Numbered from the whole stretch's first letter, positions 18,501 through 31,805 are shown. The stretch is DNA of 63,002 nucleotides, filler included, from Reclinomonas americana ATCC 50394 (GCA_048213135.1; 4 parts of 3 records of this genome joined end to end with filler, not necessarily neighbours in it), one strand, 5' to 3'. The notes: a model not told the origin generated them from the sequence alone. Program-made: numbers and translations.

Positions 18501-21500
18501 AGACCGCGAGTCTGGTGACAGCGTCGACCCCCAACGGCCTGCTGCGTGCCACCATCAGCGTGCAGCTTTTCCTGCGCGGCTGGAAGTCGTCTGCAATCAC
18601 CGTGCAGAACCGCATCGACAAGCAGTCGCTGCAGTTCACCACCAAGCGCCTCGGCAACGAGGACTATGTGACGGCGATCTCTTTCAACGCCAGCGGGGCA
18701 GACGCATCCGACATTGAGTACGTGACGTGGGTGGCGATTGGTCGTGCGGCGCAAGGCGCGCCGATCACGTGTCCTGTCGGCTACAGCGGCTCCAACTGCG
18801 GCGTGTGCACGCTGCCCGACGGTACCACGACGTGTTCACTGAACCGTCGTGCGGTGCTGAGCTGTGCCTATGGCACCACTCAGATTGTTGCCGAGTGTGC
18901 CGAGGGTCGCGAGTGCTTCGAGGCGTACGGCTCCGCGCAATGCGGATGCTCGCCGTTGGGTGCCGGGTGCTCGACTGGTGGTGACTGCTGCACGGGCAGC
19001 TGTGCCTCTGGCATGTGTGCTCCAGCGTGTATTGCGAATGGCAACACTTGCTCAACCGACGACGAGTGCTGCTCCGATAACTGTGCGCTCGGCACATGTG
19101 AGTCGACGTGCAACCCCGCCACCACGTGCTCGGGTCATGGAACATGCAAGAGTGACGGTACGTGTCAGTGCGATGCTGACTATTACGGTGCATCGTGCAA
19201 TGTGAACTGTGTGGCGGCCACGACGTGCTCTGGACACGGAACTTGCCAGAGTGACGGCACTTGTCTGTGCACGGGCGACTACACCAATGCCAGCTGCAAC
19301 TGCAGTCCCACTGGGACATGCTCGGGCAACGGAACGTGCAAGACTGACGGCACATGCCAGTGCACTGGCGACTACACGAATGCCAACTGCAACTGCAGCC
19401 CGACCACCACCTGCTCGGGCAACGGAACGTGCAAGACTGACGGCANNNNNNNNNNNNNNNNNNNNNNNNNNNNNNNNNNNNNNNNNNNNNNNNNNNNNNN
19501 NNNNNNNNNNNNNNNNNNNNNNNNNNNNNNNNNNNNNNNNNNNNNNNNNNNNNNNNNNNNNNNNNNNNNNNNNNNNNNNNNNNNNNNNNNNNNNNNNNNN
19601 NNNNNNNNNNNNAGCTGCAACTGCAGTCCCAGCACCACTTGCTCTGGTCATGGCACATGCAACACCAACGGCACTTGTACGTGCGCTGCCGACTACTACG
19701 GCGCATCATGCAACGTGAATTGTGTGGCGGCGACGACGTGCTCTGGACACGGAACGTGCAACACGACAACGGGGGCGTGTGACTGCACTGGCGACTACAC
19801 CAATGCCAGCTGCAACTGCAGTCCATCGGCGACGTGCTCGGGTCATGGAAGTTGCCAGGGTGACGGCACTTGTCTGTGCACGGGTGACTATACCAACGCC
19901 AGCTGCAACTGCAGTCCATCGGCGACGTGCTCTGGTCACGGAACATGCAAGAGTAACGGCACATGCCAGTGCACTGGCGACTACACCAACGCCAACTGCA
20001 ACTGCAGTCCCACTGCGACGTGCTCCGGTCACGGAACGTGCAAGACTGACGGCACGTGCCAGTGCACGGGTGACTATACTAACGCCAGCTGCAACTGCAG
20101 TCCATCGGCGACGTGCTCTGGTCACGGAACTTGCCAGAGTGACGGTACGTGTCTGTGCACTGACGACTACACCAACGCCACCTGCAACTGCAGTCCCAGC
20201 CTCACGTGCTCTGGTCACGGAACGTGCAAGACTGACGGCACATGCCAGTGCGCTGGCGACTACACCAATGCCAGCTGCAACTGCAGTCCCACTGCGACGT
20301 GCTCTGGTCACGGAACGTGCAAGACTGATGGCACGTGCCTGTGCACAGGCGACTACACCAACGCCAGCTGCAACTGCAGTCCATCGGCGACGTGCTCTGG
20401 TCACGGAACGTGCAAGAGTGACGGCACATGCCAATGCACGGGTGACTATACCAACGCCAGCTGCAACTGCAGTCCATCGGCGACGTGCTCTGGTCACGGA
20501 ACATGCAAGAGTGACGGCACCTGTCTGTGCACGGGCGACTACACCAACGCCAACTGCAACTGCAGTCCCACTGCGACGTGCTCTGGTCACGGAACCTGCA
20601 AGACTGACGGCACATGCCAGTGCACGGGCGACTACACCAACGCCAGCTGCAACTGCAGCCCGACCACCACGTGCTCTGGTCACGGAACGTGCAAGACTGA
20701 CGGCACTTGTTTGTGCACTGGCGACTACACCAATGCCAGCTGCAACTGCAGTCCATCGGCGACGTGCTCGGGTCATGGAAGTTGCCAAGGTGACGGCACG
20801 TGTCTGTGCACTGACGACTACACGAATGTCAGCTGCAACTGCAGTCCATCGGCGACGTGCTCTGGTCATGGCACGTGCAACACCAATGGCACTTGCACAT
20901 GCGCTGCCGACTACTACGGCGCATCTTGCAATGTGAATTGTGTGGCGGCAACGACGTGCTCTGGTCACGGAACCTGCAAGACTGACGGCACATGCCAGTG
21001 CACGGGCGACTACACCAACGCCAGCTGCAACTGCAGCCCCAGCACCACGTGCTCTGGTCATGGCTCATGCAAGAGCGACGGCACATGCACATGCGCTGCC
21101 GATTATTACGGCGCATCGTGCAATGTGAACTGTGTGGCGGCGACAACGTGCTCTGGTCACGGCACGTGCAAGACTGATGGCTCTTGTTTGTGCACGGGCG
21201 ACTACACCAATGCCAGTTGCAACTGCAGTCCATCGGCGACGTGCTCTGGTCACGGTTCATGCAAGAGTGACGGCACATGCCAGTGCACTGGCGACTACAC
21301 GAATGCCAGCTGCAACTGCAGTCCCAGCACGACGTGCTCTGGACATGGAACGTGCAAGACTGACGGAACGTGTCTGTGCACAAGTCCATATACAGGTGAG
21401 TGATGTCATTATTCGTGTTTCCTCTTTGTCGCAAACCTGGAGGTATCCGTTCGTGAGTGCTTACTTGTTGTTGTCGTGCGTATCAGGCTCCTCGTGTTCA

Positions 21501-24274
21501 ACGTGCACCACAATGGCCACTCTGGGATACATCGGCCAGTGGTCGGCAGTGGCTTCCAGCACAGACGGCACCAAGCTGGTGGCCGCGGTGAACCCTGGTC
21601 CGATTTACACCTCCACTGACTCTGGCACGACGTGGACGGCCCGTGATTCTNNNNNNNNNNNNNNNNNNNNNNNNNNNNNNNNNNNNNNNNNNNNNNNNNN
21701 NNNNNNNNNNNNNNNNNNNNNNNNNNNNNNNNNNNNNNNNNNNNNNNNNNNNNNNNNNNNNNNNNNNNNNNNNNNNNNNNNNNNNNNNNNNNNNNNNNNN
21801 NNNNNNNNNNNNNNNNNNNNNNNNNNNNNNNNNNNNNNNNNNNNNNNNNNNNNNNNNNNNNNNNNNNNNNNNNNNNNNNNNNNNNNNNNNNNNNNNNNNN
21901 NNNNNNNNNNNNNNNNNNNNNNNNNNNNNNNNNNNNNNNNNNNNNNNNNNNNNNNNNNNNNNNNNNNNNNNNNNNNNNNNNNNNNNNNNNNNNNNNNNNN
22001 NNNNNNNNNNNNNNNNNNNNNNNNNNNNNNNNNNNNNNNNNNNNNNNNNNNNNNNNNNNNNNNNNNNNNNNNNNNNNNNNNNNNNNNNNNNNNNNNNNNN
22101 NNNNNNNNNNNNNNNNNNNNNNNNNNNNNNNNNNNNNNNNNNNNNNNNNNNNNNNNNNNNNNNNNNNNNNNNNNNNNNNNNNNNNNNNNNNNNNNNNNNN
22201 NNNNNNNNNNNNNNNNNNNNNNNNNNNNNNNNNNNNNNNNNNNNNNNNNNNNNNNNNNNNNNNNNNNNNNNNNNNNNNNNNNNNNNNNNNNNNNNNNNNN
22301 NNNNNNNNNNNNNNNNNNNNNNNNNNNNNNNNNNNNNNNNNNNNNNNNNNNNNNNNNNNNNNNNNNNNNNNNNNNNNNNNNNNNNNNNNNNNNNNNNNNN
22401 NNNNNNNNNNNNNNNNNNNNNNNNNNNNNNNNNNNNNNNNNNNNNNNNNNNNNNNNNNNNNNNNNNNNNNNNNNNNNNNNNNNNNNNNNNNNNNNNNNNN
22501 NNNNNNNNNNNNNNNNNNNNNNNNNNNNNNNNNNNNNNNNNNNNNNNNNNNNNNNNNNNNNNNNNNNNNNNNNNNAGTCGGGCCTGGAGTGCAGTGGCGT
22601 CGAGCAGCACTGGCACTGTGCTGGTGGCGGCTGTGACTGGTGGTCAGATTTACGTGTCCACTGACTCTGGTGTGACGTGGACGGCTCGCGATTCCAGTCG
22701 CGCCTGGATCGGAGTGGCCTCCAACGGCAACGGCACATTGTTAGCGGCTGTGGTGAATGGTGGTCAGATCTATACCTCCNNNNNNNNNNNNNNNNNNNNN
22801 NNNNNNNNNNNNNNNNNNNNNNNNNNNNNNNNNNNNNNNNNNNNNNNNNNNNNNNNNNNNNNNNNNNNNNNNNNNNNNNNNNNNNNNNNNNNNNNNNNNN
22901 NNNNNNNNNNNNNNNNNNNNNNNNNNNNNNNNNNNNNNNNNNNNNNNNNNNNNNNNNNNNNNNNNNNNNNNNNNNNNNNNNNNNNNNNNNNNNNNNNNNN
23001 NNNNNNNNNNNNNNNNNNNNNNNNNNNNNNNNNNNNNNNNNNNNNNNNNNNNNNNNNNNNNNNNNNNNNNNNNNNNNNNNNNNNNNNNNNNNNNNNNNNN
23101 NNNNNNNNNNNNNNNNNNNNNNNNNNNNNNNNNNNNNNNNNNNNNNNNNNNNNNNNNNNNNNNNNNNNNNNNNNNNNNNNNNNNNNNNNNNNNNNNNNNN
23201 NNNNNNNNNNNNNNNNNNNNTCGCGCCAGAATCAGTGGACGTGTAAATCTTGTTTCCTGTCACAACAGCCACCAGCTTGGTGCCGTCACTGCTGGAGGCC
23301 ACTCCAGCCCACTGGCGACTAGTTTCACGAGCCGTCCACGTCACACCAGAGTCAGCNNNNNNNNNNNNNNNNNNNNNNNNNNNNNNNNNNNNNNNNNNNN
23401 NNNNNNNNNNNNNNNNNNNNNNNNNNNNNNNNNNNNNNNNNNNNNNNNNNNNNNNNNNNNNNNNNNNNNNNNNNNNNNNNNNNNNNNNNNNNNNNNNNNN
23501 NNNNNNNNNNNNNNNNNNNNNNNNNNNNNNNNNNNNNNNNNNNNNNNNNNNNNNNNNNNNNNNNNNNNNNNNNNNNNNNNNNNNNNNNNNNNNNNNNNNN
23601 NNNNNNNNNNNNNNNNNNNNNNNNNNNNNNNNNNNNNNNNNNNNNNNNNNNNNNNNNNNNNNNNNNNNNNNNNNNNNNNNNNNNNNNNNNNNNNNNNNNN
23701 NNNNNNNNNNNNNNNNNNNNNNNNNNNNNNNNNNNNNNNNNNNNNNNNNNNNNNNNNNNNNNNNNNNNNNNNNNNNNNNNNNNNNNNNNNNNNNNNNNNN
23801 NNNNNNNNNNNNNNNNNNNNNNNNNNNNNNNNNNNNNNNNNNNNNNNNNNNNNNNNNNNNNNNNNNNNNNNNNNNNNNNNNNNNNNNNNNNNNNNNNNNN
23901 NNNNNNNNNNNNNNNNNNNNNNNNNNNNNNNNNNNNNNNNNNNNNNNNNNNNNNNNNNNNNNNNNNNNNNNNNNNNNNNNNNNNNNNNNNNNNNNNNNNN
24001 NNNNNNNNNNNNNNNNNNNNNNNNNNNNNNNNNNNNNNNNNNNNNNNNNNNNNNNNNNNNNNNNNNNNNNNNNNNNNNNNNNNNNNNNNNNNNNNNNNNN
24101 NNNNNNNNNNNNNNNNNNNNNNCGTGGACAGCGCGTGATTCAAATCGCCAGTGGAATGCAGTGGCTTCCAGCACTGACGGTGTGAAGTTGGTGGCCGCGA
24201 CGAACAACAACAAGATCTATACATCGACTGACTCGGGCGTCAACTGGACGGCTCGTGATTCCAATCGTTCGTGG
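15542..24274 (+). CDS. Large secreted protein: signal peptide, beta-sandwich-like repeats, H-type-lectin-like modules, Cys-knot, EGF stalk, Asp-box propeller (3' incomplete)
   Basis: Hydrophobic leader VLMCLLVALLSLSVLCSTAAAAAT. Exons 15542-15680, 16146-16436, 16555-16870, 17086-17855, 17932-18041, 18119-18398, ~18471-21395 and 21488 onward all splice in frame. Ends in gaps. Confidence 0.8.
19110..21395 (+). repeat. Coding tandem EGF-like repeats (93-bp/31-aa and 99-bp/33-aa units)
   Basis: CSPSxTCSGHGTCKxDGTCxCTGDYTNASCN and CVAATTCSGHGTCxxDGTCxCxxxYYGASCNVN units. Confidence 0.95.
21540..24274 (+). repeat. Asp-box/BNR 120-bp (40-aa) propeller-blade repeats, mostly in gaps; piece 23221-23356 inverted
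   Basis: WxxVASSxDGxKLVAxxxxxxIYTSTDSGxTWTARDS; contains the SxDxGxTW Asp-box. Confidence 0.9.
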
Positions 24275-24374
24275 NNNNNNNNNNNNNNNNNNNNNNNNNN
24301 NNNNNNNNNNNNNNNNNNTTAATTAATTAANNNNNNNNNNNNNNNNNNNNNNNNNNNNNNNNNNNNNNNNNNNN
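24275..24374. other. Artificial scaffold spacer (44N-TTAATTAATTAA-44N)
   Basis: Six-frame stop 12-mer at 24319-24330 centred in a 100-bp N block. Confidence 0.95.
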
Positions 24375-24680
24375 TTCCTTTCCACTTAGTCCACGTACGT
24401 CCGTGTCGACACGTACGTTCCTACCCACAGGGAAAGGAGTAGACAGAGAGAGCTGCCGTCGTCTCCTCTCTCTCTCTCTCTCTCTCTCTCCATCATTCTC
24501 TCACGCACTGCCGTTCACTAGCGAGAGAAAGACGGAGAAGCAGAACGAGGAGGCGAATGAAAGAGTGGGCACAGAGCTCTGCTCCCTCTCTTCCCTTTCT
24601 GTCTCCCTCTTGCATGTACGGAAGACAGACGAGACAGCTTCTCATAATCTCCTCCCCTCCCCCCTTCCCTCCTCGACCAG

Positions 24681-24864
24681 GAATGCCCCGAGCGCTGCAA
24701 CGAGAAAACGGCGACGAAGTAGACCTGAATGGCGTCGTGCGGGAGGCGGTGGCCGACGGCGAGCACCTGTGGGTGGTGCTGGATGGTTCGCGTTGTTACA
24801 TTTCACTCCTCTTTCTGGCAGCCCCCGATTCACTCGTTTGCTCGCAGAGGACGGCGCGGAGTGA
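24681..24864 (+). CDS. 3' exons of a small protein, possibly ubiquitin-like (Par3/HAL N-terminal-like); 5' part missing
   Basis: Exons 24681-24785 and 24848-24864, each after a pyrimidine-rich tract, encode MPRALQRENGDEVDLNGVVREAVADGEHLWVVLDEDGAE*. The family call is from recalled resemblance only. Confidence 0.45.
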
Positions 24865-24924
24865 GTCGTTCGTTGTACACATTGAAGAAATTCTGTTTTT
24901 TTCCCCTGCATTACTTGTTTTTCG

Positions 24925-27142
24925 TCATGAGATTAACCTGCCGGCCGCATAGTACTGGCTGGAGGCCAGTGAGGAGCTGGAGGTTGAGGTGCCGGCAAAG
25001 CGTCCGTACGCAGATGATCCGCTGCCGCCAAGAAGGGCGTCGGTGCCGAGGGTTTTCATCATGGTGGCGTGCTGCGAGCGTCTTCTGTGGCGGCGGTCGA
25101 TGCACAGACCGGCCATTAGCGCGGTGGTGGTGGCTGAGCACAGCAGGCACATGAGAAACAGGAAAGGAGGGAGGGAGGGAGACGGGCGGCAAACCGTACG
25201 CCGACGTGGTCCACGAGATGACAAAGGCCGTGTCGAAGCCACCTGTTTGGTTCGCGTCGCTGGTGGGGAGAACGATGGAGGCGGTGTATGTGGCCATGCC
25301 GATGAGGGACATGCAGGAGGCGCCGGAGATGAAGAACTGGGAAAATGAGGAGAAGGGGAAAGAGAAAAAATAAAGTGAGGTGAGGGACTGGGAAGAGGGA
25401 TAAGAGGGAAAGGAGACCAGCAACGAAGAATGAGAGAGTGCGGATTCGTATATTGTTGGTGCGCCAACGTCGTTGCCGGCAAGGCAAGAGAACGGGATAA
25501 GAAGGAAAGGACAACAGCAGAGAGGGGGGTCTGCAAGAGTCAGCAGTGGACATGGAAAAGGGATAGAGCAAGCGTATTGATCAGGCAGCAGCACACACAG
25601 CATAGCAAAAGGAATGCATCGTTGTCGCACAATCAGAATGGCGCCAGCCGACTCACACGAAGCACACGATATACACACACTTCATAACTTCCCCTTCACT
25701 CCCTTCTACCTTCTCCTCCCCCCTGACGCAACGAATCCCATCCACCGCCACACGGGCACTCGATGCGAGCGCAGGAACATGACGTAGAAAACCGAACCGA
25801 TCACGTAGCCGACGCAGGCCAGCACAATCCACAGAAAGTTGTCGCGTCCAGACGAGTCCCACGAGCTGTCGGCCGCGATTTGATTGTCAAAGTTGACGAA
25901 GCGGCACTCGCCCTGCACGCAGAGCTGCAGGTGGAGGAGGCCGACGTAGACGAAGACGGAGACTTGAGGGGAGGCGGCGTACTGCAACAAGGGGCAAGTC
26001 AGGAGAGAGATGGCGAAAGGAGCAAAAGAGAGTTTTGGAAGGCGGAGCACGCGAATGGATACGAAGAAGGGCATCAAGAATTTGGGAGAGGCGAAGAAGG
26101 AACTCAGAGCGGAGACAAACGTGAACAAGAAGAGAAGGGCAAGGGAGGAAGAAAGATAAAGAAGACAAGCGAGCAATGGAGCAAGAAAGCGCTGTCGATC
26201 GCAAGGGGCGAGAGGGGAAGACGGTAAGAAGACAGAGGGAAGGCAGAGAAGCACGTTGCAGAAGGTGAAGATCAGAACTGAGAGCGCTGAAGATGGAGAG
26301 ACAGAGAGGGGGAGAGAGATAGAAAGAAGGGTAAGATGATGGGCAATGAAACGAGGGAACGAGGAGTGCTATGAAGCACACGACCTCTTGCAAAGTCACT
26401 CGCAAAATGGAGAGAAGGGTTGACAGAGGGAGGTGGAGAAGGCAGCTGGAAAGCGGAGAATAGTACAAAAGTGCAAGGGGGGAGAGACAGTGTGAGTTGG
26501 CGAGTGTCCAAGAGAGAGAGAGAGAGAGAGCGCGAGAAAGAGAAGAGAAGGAAACATAAGGCTGTTGCGTAGGGCAAGGTGAGAGAATGTCACGATGAGA
26601 GCGCTATGGAGAATAGAGACAACGGAGACAGACGTCAATCACCACAGGCAAGAGGAGAAGAAAAGAAGAAAGAGCACGGGGGATGCGAAGATGCACGCTG
26701 AGATGGCAACGAAGGGAGAACTGTGAAGGAGAAAGAGACACTGTGGGAGAGGCTGCGTATGAGAGAGACATGAGAAGGAAACACGGGAAGCGACGACGGA
26801 AGAAAAGAGGCGAGAGAGCACACAACCTCTTGCAAAATCAATCGAGAAGGGAGAAAGAAAAGAAGACAGAGGAAGGATGACGTGATGAAACATGAGCTGA
26901 CATGGGGACGAAGGGAGAATTCAAGAGGGAGAAAGAGGAGCTGGTTGATGAGAGAGGAGAGAAACGAGGCAACAACGATGAGAAGACGAGAAGGAGCGCA
27001 AGAGCTTGCAAATCGCTGAAGGAAGAGCAGAGAGACTGAGAGCACAATGGATCAGAGAGAGAGGCAGGCAGGCACAATCAAGCAATGAGGAAAGAGCAGA
27101 GAAGACCCGAACACAGATTACTCAATGTCTCTCACACGCATG

Positions 27143-27174
<32 letters not shown>

Positions 27175-27493
27175 TACACACACACACTCTCTCTCTCACA
27201 CACACACTCTCTCACTCACTCACTCCCTCTTCTCTCCTCTCTTCCCCCTCTCTCTCTCCCTCTCTCTCTCACGCAACAATCCACCGATTCGACGCCAGTG
27301 TCCACGTCCACGTGCCCACAATCATCACACACGACACCAACACCACATACACCATTCCGACTCCGCCAAACAACGACGAGAAGAACACTCCCAATGGCGA
27401 CGAAGCTGATGCAGAAGAAGGGGAAGGCGAGGAGGAGGGGACACCTCCTCCTGCTGATGCAGCTGCGGAGGCAGAGCTGCTCCTGCTCAACAT
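24925..27493 (-). CDS. Four-TM protein of claudin/PMP22/EMP superfamily type
   Basis: Exons 27278-27493, 25733-25981, 25195-25336 and 24925-25133 splice in frame. Order is TM1, W, VGLLHLQLCVQGEC (GLW-C-C-like loop), TM2, TM3 FFISGASCMSLIGMATY, then GGFDTAFVISW-TM4. Confidence 0.7.
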
Positions 27494-28363
27494 GATAATT
27501 GACGCGAACAATTGCAACGAACGTCGACGGTCCTGCTGTCGAACAATAGCCCGGTCCGGTCGCTATACGCGCGCATGGTGGTCTCATTGGAATACAAGAA
27601 CGAGTCTGGATCCGGCTGTAACCGGCTACACAGGTGCAGAAGTCGAATTCCAACAACAATTCATTCATGATCACCGACATACGCCACGAGCAATTGCAAG
27701 AAGGAGAAGGAGCACAGGAAGAAAGGGAGAAGTGAGAGAACATGGAAAAAGAGAGCGAGAGAGAGAGAGAAAGAGAGGCAGACAGAAGATCCAGCTCGCC
27801 AAGCCAATGAGTGAAGAAAGAGAAGGAGATAAGAGAGAAGATGTAACACCAGATCTAGAACACAAACTTCATGCTCTCTCTCTAGATCTCGTCTCCTTCC
27901 CAACACAATCTCAATCCGACAATCAGCGACGAAAAGCACACTCCAGCGACTGGCGATCAAGCAGACGCAGAAGAAAGGAGAGTGGATGAGTTGCCTTCGC
28001 GATCAATCAAACAAATGCACGTCGATGGTCCTAGGCCTGTGCACGTGACCAGTGCAGTCTTGACTTCGCAGCTGTCGAAAGGCACACAAAGCAAAAGGCA
28101 GGTCCAGGAAAGCAAGTCAACGCAGTGGAGACCTTGTCGTTGATGGCGATGAATAAATGGAATGCGAGAGAGCACGTACGTTGGTCAATTGCAAGCATTC
28201 ATTCCTCTCGGAAGAAGAAGACGACGGAAGAGTGTTCTCGAAGACGACGAGAGGGAACGCATCAAGGGGGAAGGCGAAGAAAAAGAACCGGATGACATCA
28301 CATATCACGCGGAAAACAAGGTGCGCCGAGTATCGCAGCAGTACACAGGCCAAAACCATAGGA

Positions 28364-30174
28364 CTAAACGCAGAAGCCACTTTCATCGCACCAGAGACAG
28401 CACTCACTCGAATCGACGCAAGGGGTGCCGCCTGGGGAACAGCTAGCGCACTTTAGATCGATACACCGGGCACCGCAGCAGTCAGAGTTAGTGCCACAGT
28501 TCGCACCGTCGGCACCGCACTCGCACAGACCGTTAAAACCGCACGCGCGTCCATTGCACGTGATGCTGGGACTGCAGTAGCAGCTCGGGGCGGTGTAGTC
28601 GCCATCGCACTGGCATGTGCCGTCAGGCTTGCATGTTCCGTGGTCGTTACACGTGACGGTGGGACTGCAGTTGCAGTTGGCGTTGACGTAGTCATCGTCG
28701 CATGTGCACGATCCGTCAGGGTTGCACGTGCCGTGGCCGGAGCACGTCGTAGCCGCCACGCAGTTTGAATTCGAAGTTGCAGTGCCGCACGCTGCACCGG
28801 TGAAACCAGCGCTGCATTGGCACGTACCGTCACTCTTGCACGTGCCGTGGCCGGAGCACGTCGTCGCCGCCACACAGTTCACATTGCACGAGGCACCGTA
28901 ATAGTTGTTGCTGCACTGGCACGTTCCGTCACTCTTGCACGTGCCGTTGCCGGAGCACGTGGTGGATGCCACACAGTTCACACTGCACGAGGCACCGTAA
29001 TAGTTGTTGCTGCACTGGCACGTTCCGTCACTGTTGCACGCTCCGTGGCCGGAGCACGTTACCGAGGGACTGCAGTTGCAAGTGGCATTGGTGTAGTCGC
29101 CCGTGCACGTGCACGAACCATCGTTGTTCAACGTGCCATGACCCGAGCACGGAGCGCACGTGCTGACATCCAGCGTATAGATCTGACCGTCATACACACT
29201 CGCCACCACCTTCGTGCCGGCGGCGTTGGAGGCCACGGCAAACCAGTTGCGATTCGAGTCGCGAGCCGTCCACGTCACACCCGAGTTGCTCGACGTGTAG
29301 ATCTTGTCGTTGCCGACCACAGCCACCAACTTCGACCCATCGCTGCTTGAGGCCACTGATCGCCACAATCGCGCCGACTCGCGAGCCGTCCACGTCGCAC
29401 CAGAGTCGGTGGAGGTGTAGATCTGACCACCATGGGTGACGGCCACCAGCTTGGCGCCATCCGCGCTGGAGGCCACGGCGACCCACGGTCGACTGGAGTC
29501 GCGGGCCGTCCACGTCGCGCCCGAGTCGGTGGAGGTGTAGAGTGCACCGTCGCGCACAGCCGCCACCAACTTGGCGCCGTCAGCGCTGGAGGCCACAGCG
29601 ACCCACTGGCGATGAGAGTCACGCGGCGTCCATGTCGCCCCCGAGTCAGTGGAGGTGTAGATCGAGTCACTGAAGGCCACGGCCACCAGCTTGGTGCCGT
29701 CGGCACTGGAGGCCACCGCCGACCATGCTTGCACCGACGCGCGCGGCGTCCACGTCGCACCCGAGTCGGAGGAGGTGTAGATCTGACCACCACAGTATAC
29801 ACAGGCCACCAACTTGGTGCCGTCGCTGCTAGAGGCCACACTGACCCAGTAGCGGTTCGTGTCGCGCGGCGTCCACGTCGCACCCGAGTCGGTGGAGGTG
29901 TAGATGCGACCGAACTCGACTACGGCCGCCAGTTTGCTGCCGTCGGCATTGGAGGCAACGGACCACCAAATGCGCTTCGACTCGTGCGGCACGGCGGTGC
30001 AAGTGGGTGCCGCTTGTCCGCCTACGTTCAGATGATGAGTGGAAGAGATGCACATGACCGCGAAGGAGAAAAAGAGACGCAACGAACGCTGACCGCGGAC
30101 ATGGCCACCAGCAACACCAGAACGGCCAGCACGCTGGTCCACGCCATCGTCATCTTGTTTGTCTGGGAGCTCAT
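28364..30174 (-). CDS. Secreted protein A: signal peptide + 7-blade Asp-box propeller + EGF repeats + C-terminal Cys-knot repeats
   Basis: Exon 1 30084-30174 (MSSQTNKMTMAWTSVLAVLVLLVAMSAVSVR), intron 30022-30083, exon 2 to the stop at 28364. Seven ~120-bp blades. No TM or GPI-type hydrophobic tail. Confidence 0.9.
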
Positions 30175-31027
30175 GGTTGTTGTTGTTGTTGCGGCGTACG
30201 TTCACACACTACAGTGGAGCATACGCACATAATTAAATACATGAGAGGTGCAAGAATGCGCGCGAAAACGAGGCCATGTCGCGCACAAAGAACAAACATG
30301 TGCACCACTTTTGGATGCGTGGTGTGCGAACGTGAGTGCACTTGCGTGTGCGTGTGTGCGTGTGCGTGGTGTGTGCGTGTGTGTGGTGTGCAACCAAAAT
30401 GTGTGTTTGTTGNNNNNNNNNNNNNNNNNNNNNGAGAGAGAGAGAGACAGAAGGGAAGAGGGAGGAAACGGGGAAAGAAGAGGGTGGGAGACGGAGGTGG
30501 CAGGCAGAGGATAGAAAAGGAAAAAGAAGATAGATGCCCACTGCAGTGTTCTCAGAGAGGTGCATCAGCACACCTTCTTTCCAAGAGAAAGAAAAAGGAG
30601 ACTGACGGAAGCAGCGGAAGAGCTCGTCGTTTGAGTGATAAAGCTCACAAGCGGTCGATACCACCTCGTGAGGACAGTCATTTACAAGGAGACAAGGGAA
30701 GAAGTGGAAAGAATAGAGCGTGAGGGCGGAGAAGGATACCGTGAAGGCAGAGAGGATGAGCAGTTGAAGCGAGAGAACTGAGGCAAGAAAGGCAGTGCTT
30801 TTGAGACAGAGCGAGAGAAAGAGAGAGAGAGACAGAAGAGGAGGACGAGCAAGGGAGACGGAGAAAGAGCCATACTCCTACAGAGAGAGAGAGAGAGAGA
30901 GAGCACAACGGATCAAGGGACGAAGAAAAAGACCGCTACCCCTGGAGACAGAGAGACAAAGAGAAGGTGTGAGGGGGTCACTCTACTGGGAGAACAGGGA
31001 GACAGCACGAATACGGAGAGAGACGGA

Positions 31028-31062
<35 letters not shown>

Positions 31063-31615
31063 GGAGGAAGAACAAGAGTGCTGACAAAGTGAGAGAAGAG
31101 CGTNNNNNNNNNNNNNNNNNNNNGAGAGAGAGAGAGAGCGAGCACAACGGAACAAGGGACGAAGAATAAGACCGCTGCCCCTGGAGACAGAGAGACAAAG
31201 AGAAGGTGTGAGGGGGTCACACTACTGGGAGAACAGCGAGACAGCACGAATACGGAGAGAGACAGAAGAGAGAGAGAGAGAGAGACAGAGCGAGAGAGAG
31301 AGCGAGAGGAGGGAAGGAAACAAGAGTTGCTGCAAAGTGAGAGAAGAGCTGGGAATGTGCACAGCGGGACTGCAAGCGAGAAGGAAGAACAACAGAAGAG
31401 AGAGAAGATGAAAAAGAAGACAAGACGGGCAGCAGTGCAGCAGAAGAGGAGAAAGAGACAAAGAGAAAGAGAGCAGAAGTCAATGAGTGGGAGCGAAGAC
31501 ACACAAGAACTCACGCACACCCACGCACGCACACTATTTCTCTCTCTAACACGCTCAACATCCTCAATCTCGTCTTCCCCAGCCTCTCTCCTCTCTCTTT
31601 CTCCTTTCTTTCTTC

Positions 31616-31760
31616 ACGCGCAACAATCCACCGATTCGACGACACACCATGGCCAATCATTCCGACAACAGCAAGAAGAACACTCCCCCACTGTACGTCA
31701 TTGAAGCTGATGCAGAAGAAAGAGAAGTGGGGGAGGGGACACCTCGTGCTGATGCAGACG
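31616..31760 (-). pseudogene. Degenerate copy of exon 1 of the claudin-like gene
   Basis: Shares caacaatccaccgattcgac, aagaacactccc, gaagctgatgcagaagaa and ggggacacctc with 27270-27460, with indels. Its donor reads GTTGCGC. Confidence 0.75.
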
Positions 31761-31805
31761 CTGTTAACGTTGTGATGATCCATATGTCGTTGATGTGATC
31801 GAGAA

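Noticed and set aside
19706-21061. Long antisense/alternate-frame ORFs over EGF arrays and poly-CV/RE/HT ORFs
   Set aside because: By-products of stop-poor repeats, microsatellites and N runs.
23221-23356. Inverted BNR piece (and inverted EGF piece 50922-51057) as phase-variable invertons
   Set aside because: Tiny repeat contigs floating between large gaps with no visible junctions; mis-orientation is far likelier.
24319-24330. TTAATTAATTAA motif repeated three times (also 51102, 59708)
   Set aside because: Centred in identical 100-bp N blocks, so it is an artificial spacer. Gene adjacency across it is unreliable.
29160-29980. Regular 120-bp repeats with variable segments as a CRISPR-like array
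   Set aside because: They are in-frame coding repeats with synonymous variation; there is no repeat-spacer structure and no cas genes.
30880-31290. Near-identical ~170-bp duplication across a 20-N gap
   Set aside because: It cannot be distinguished from overlapping allelic contig ends.
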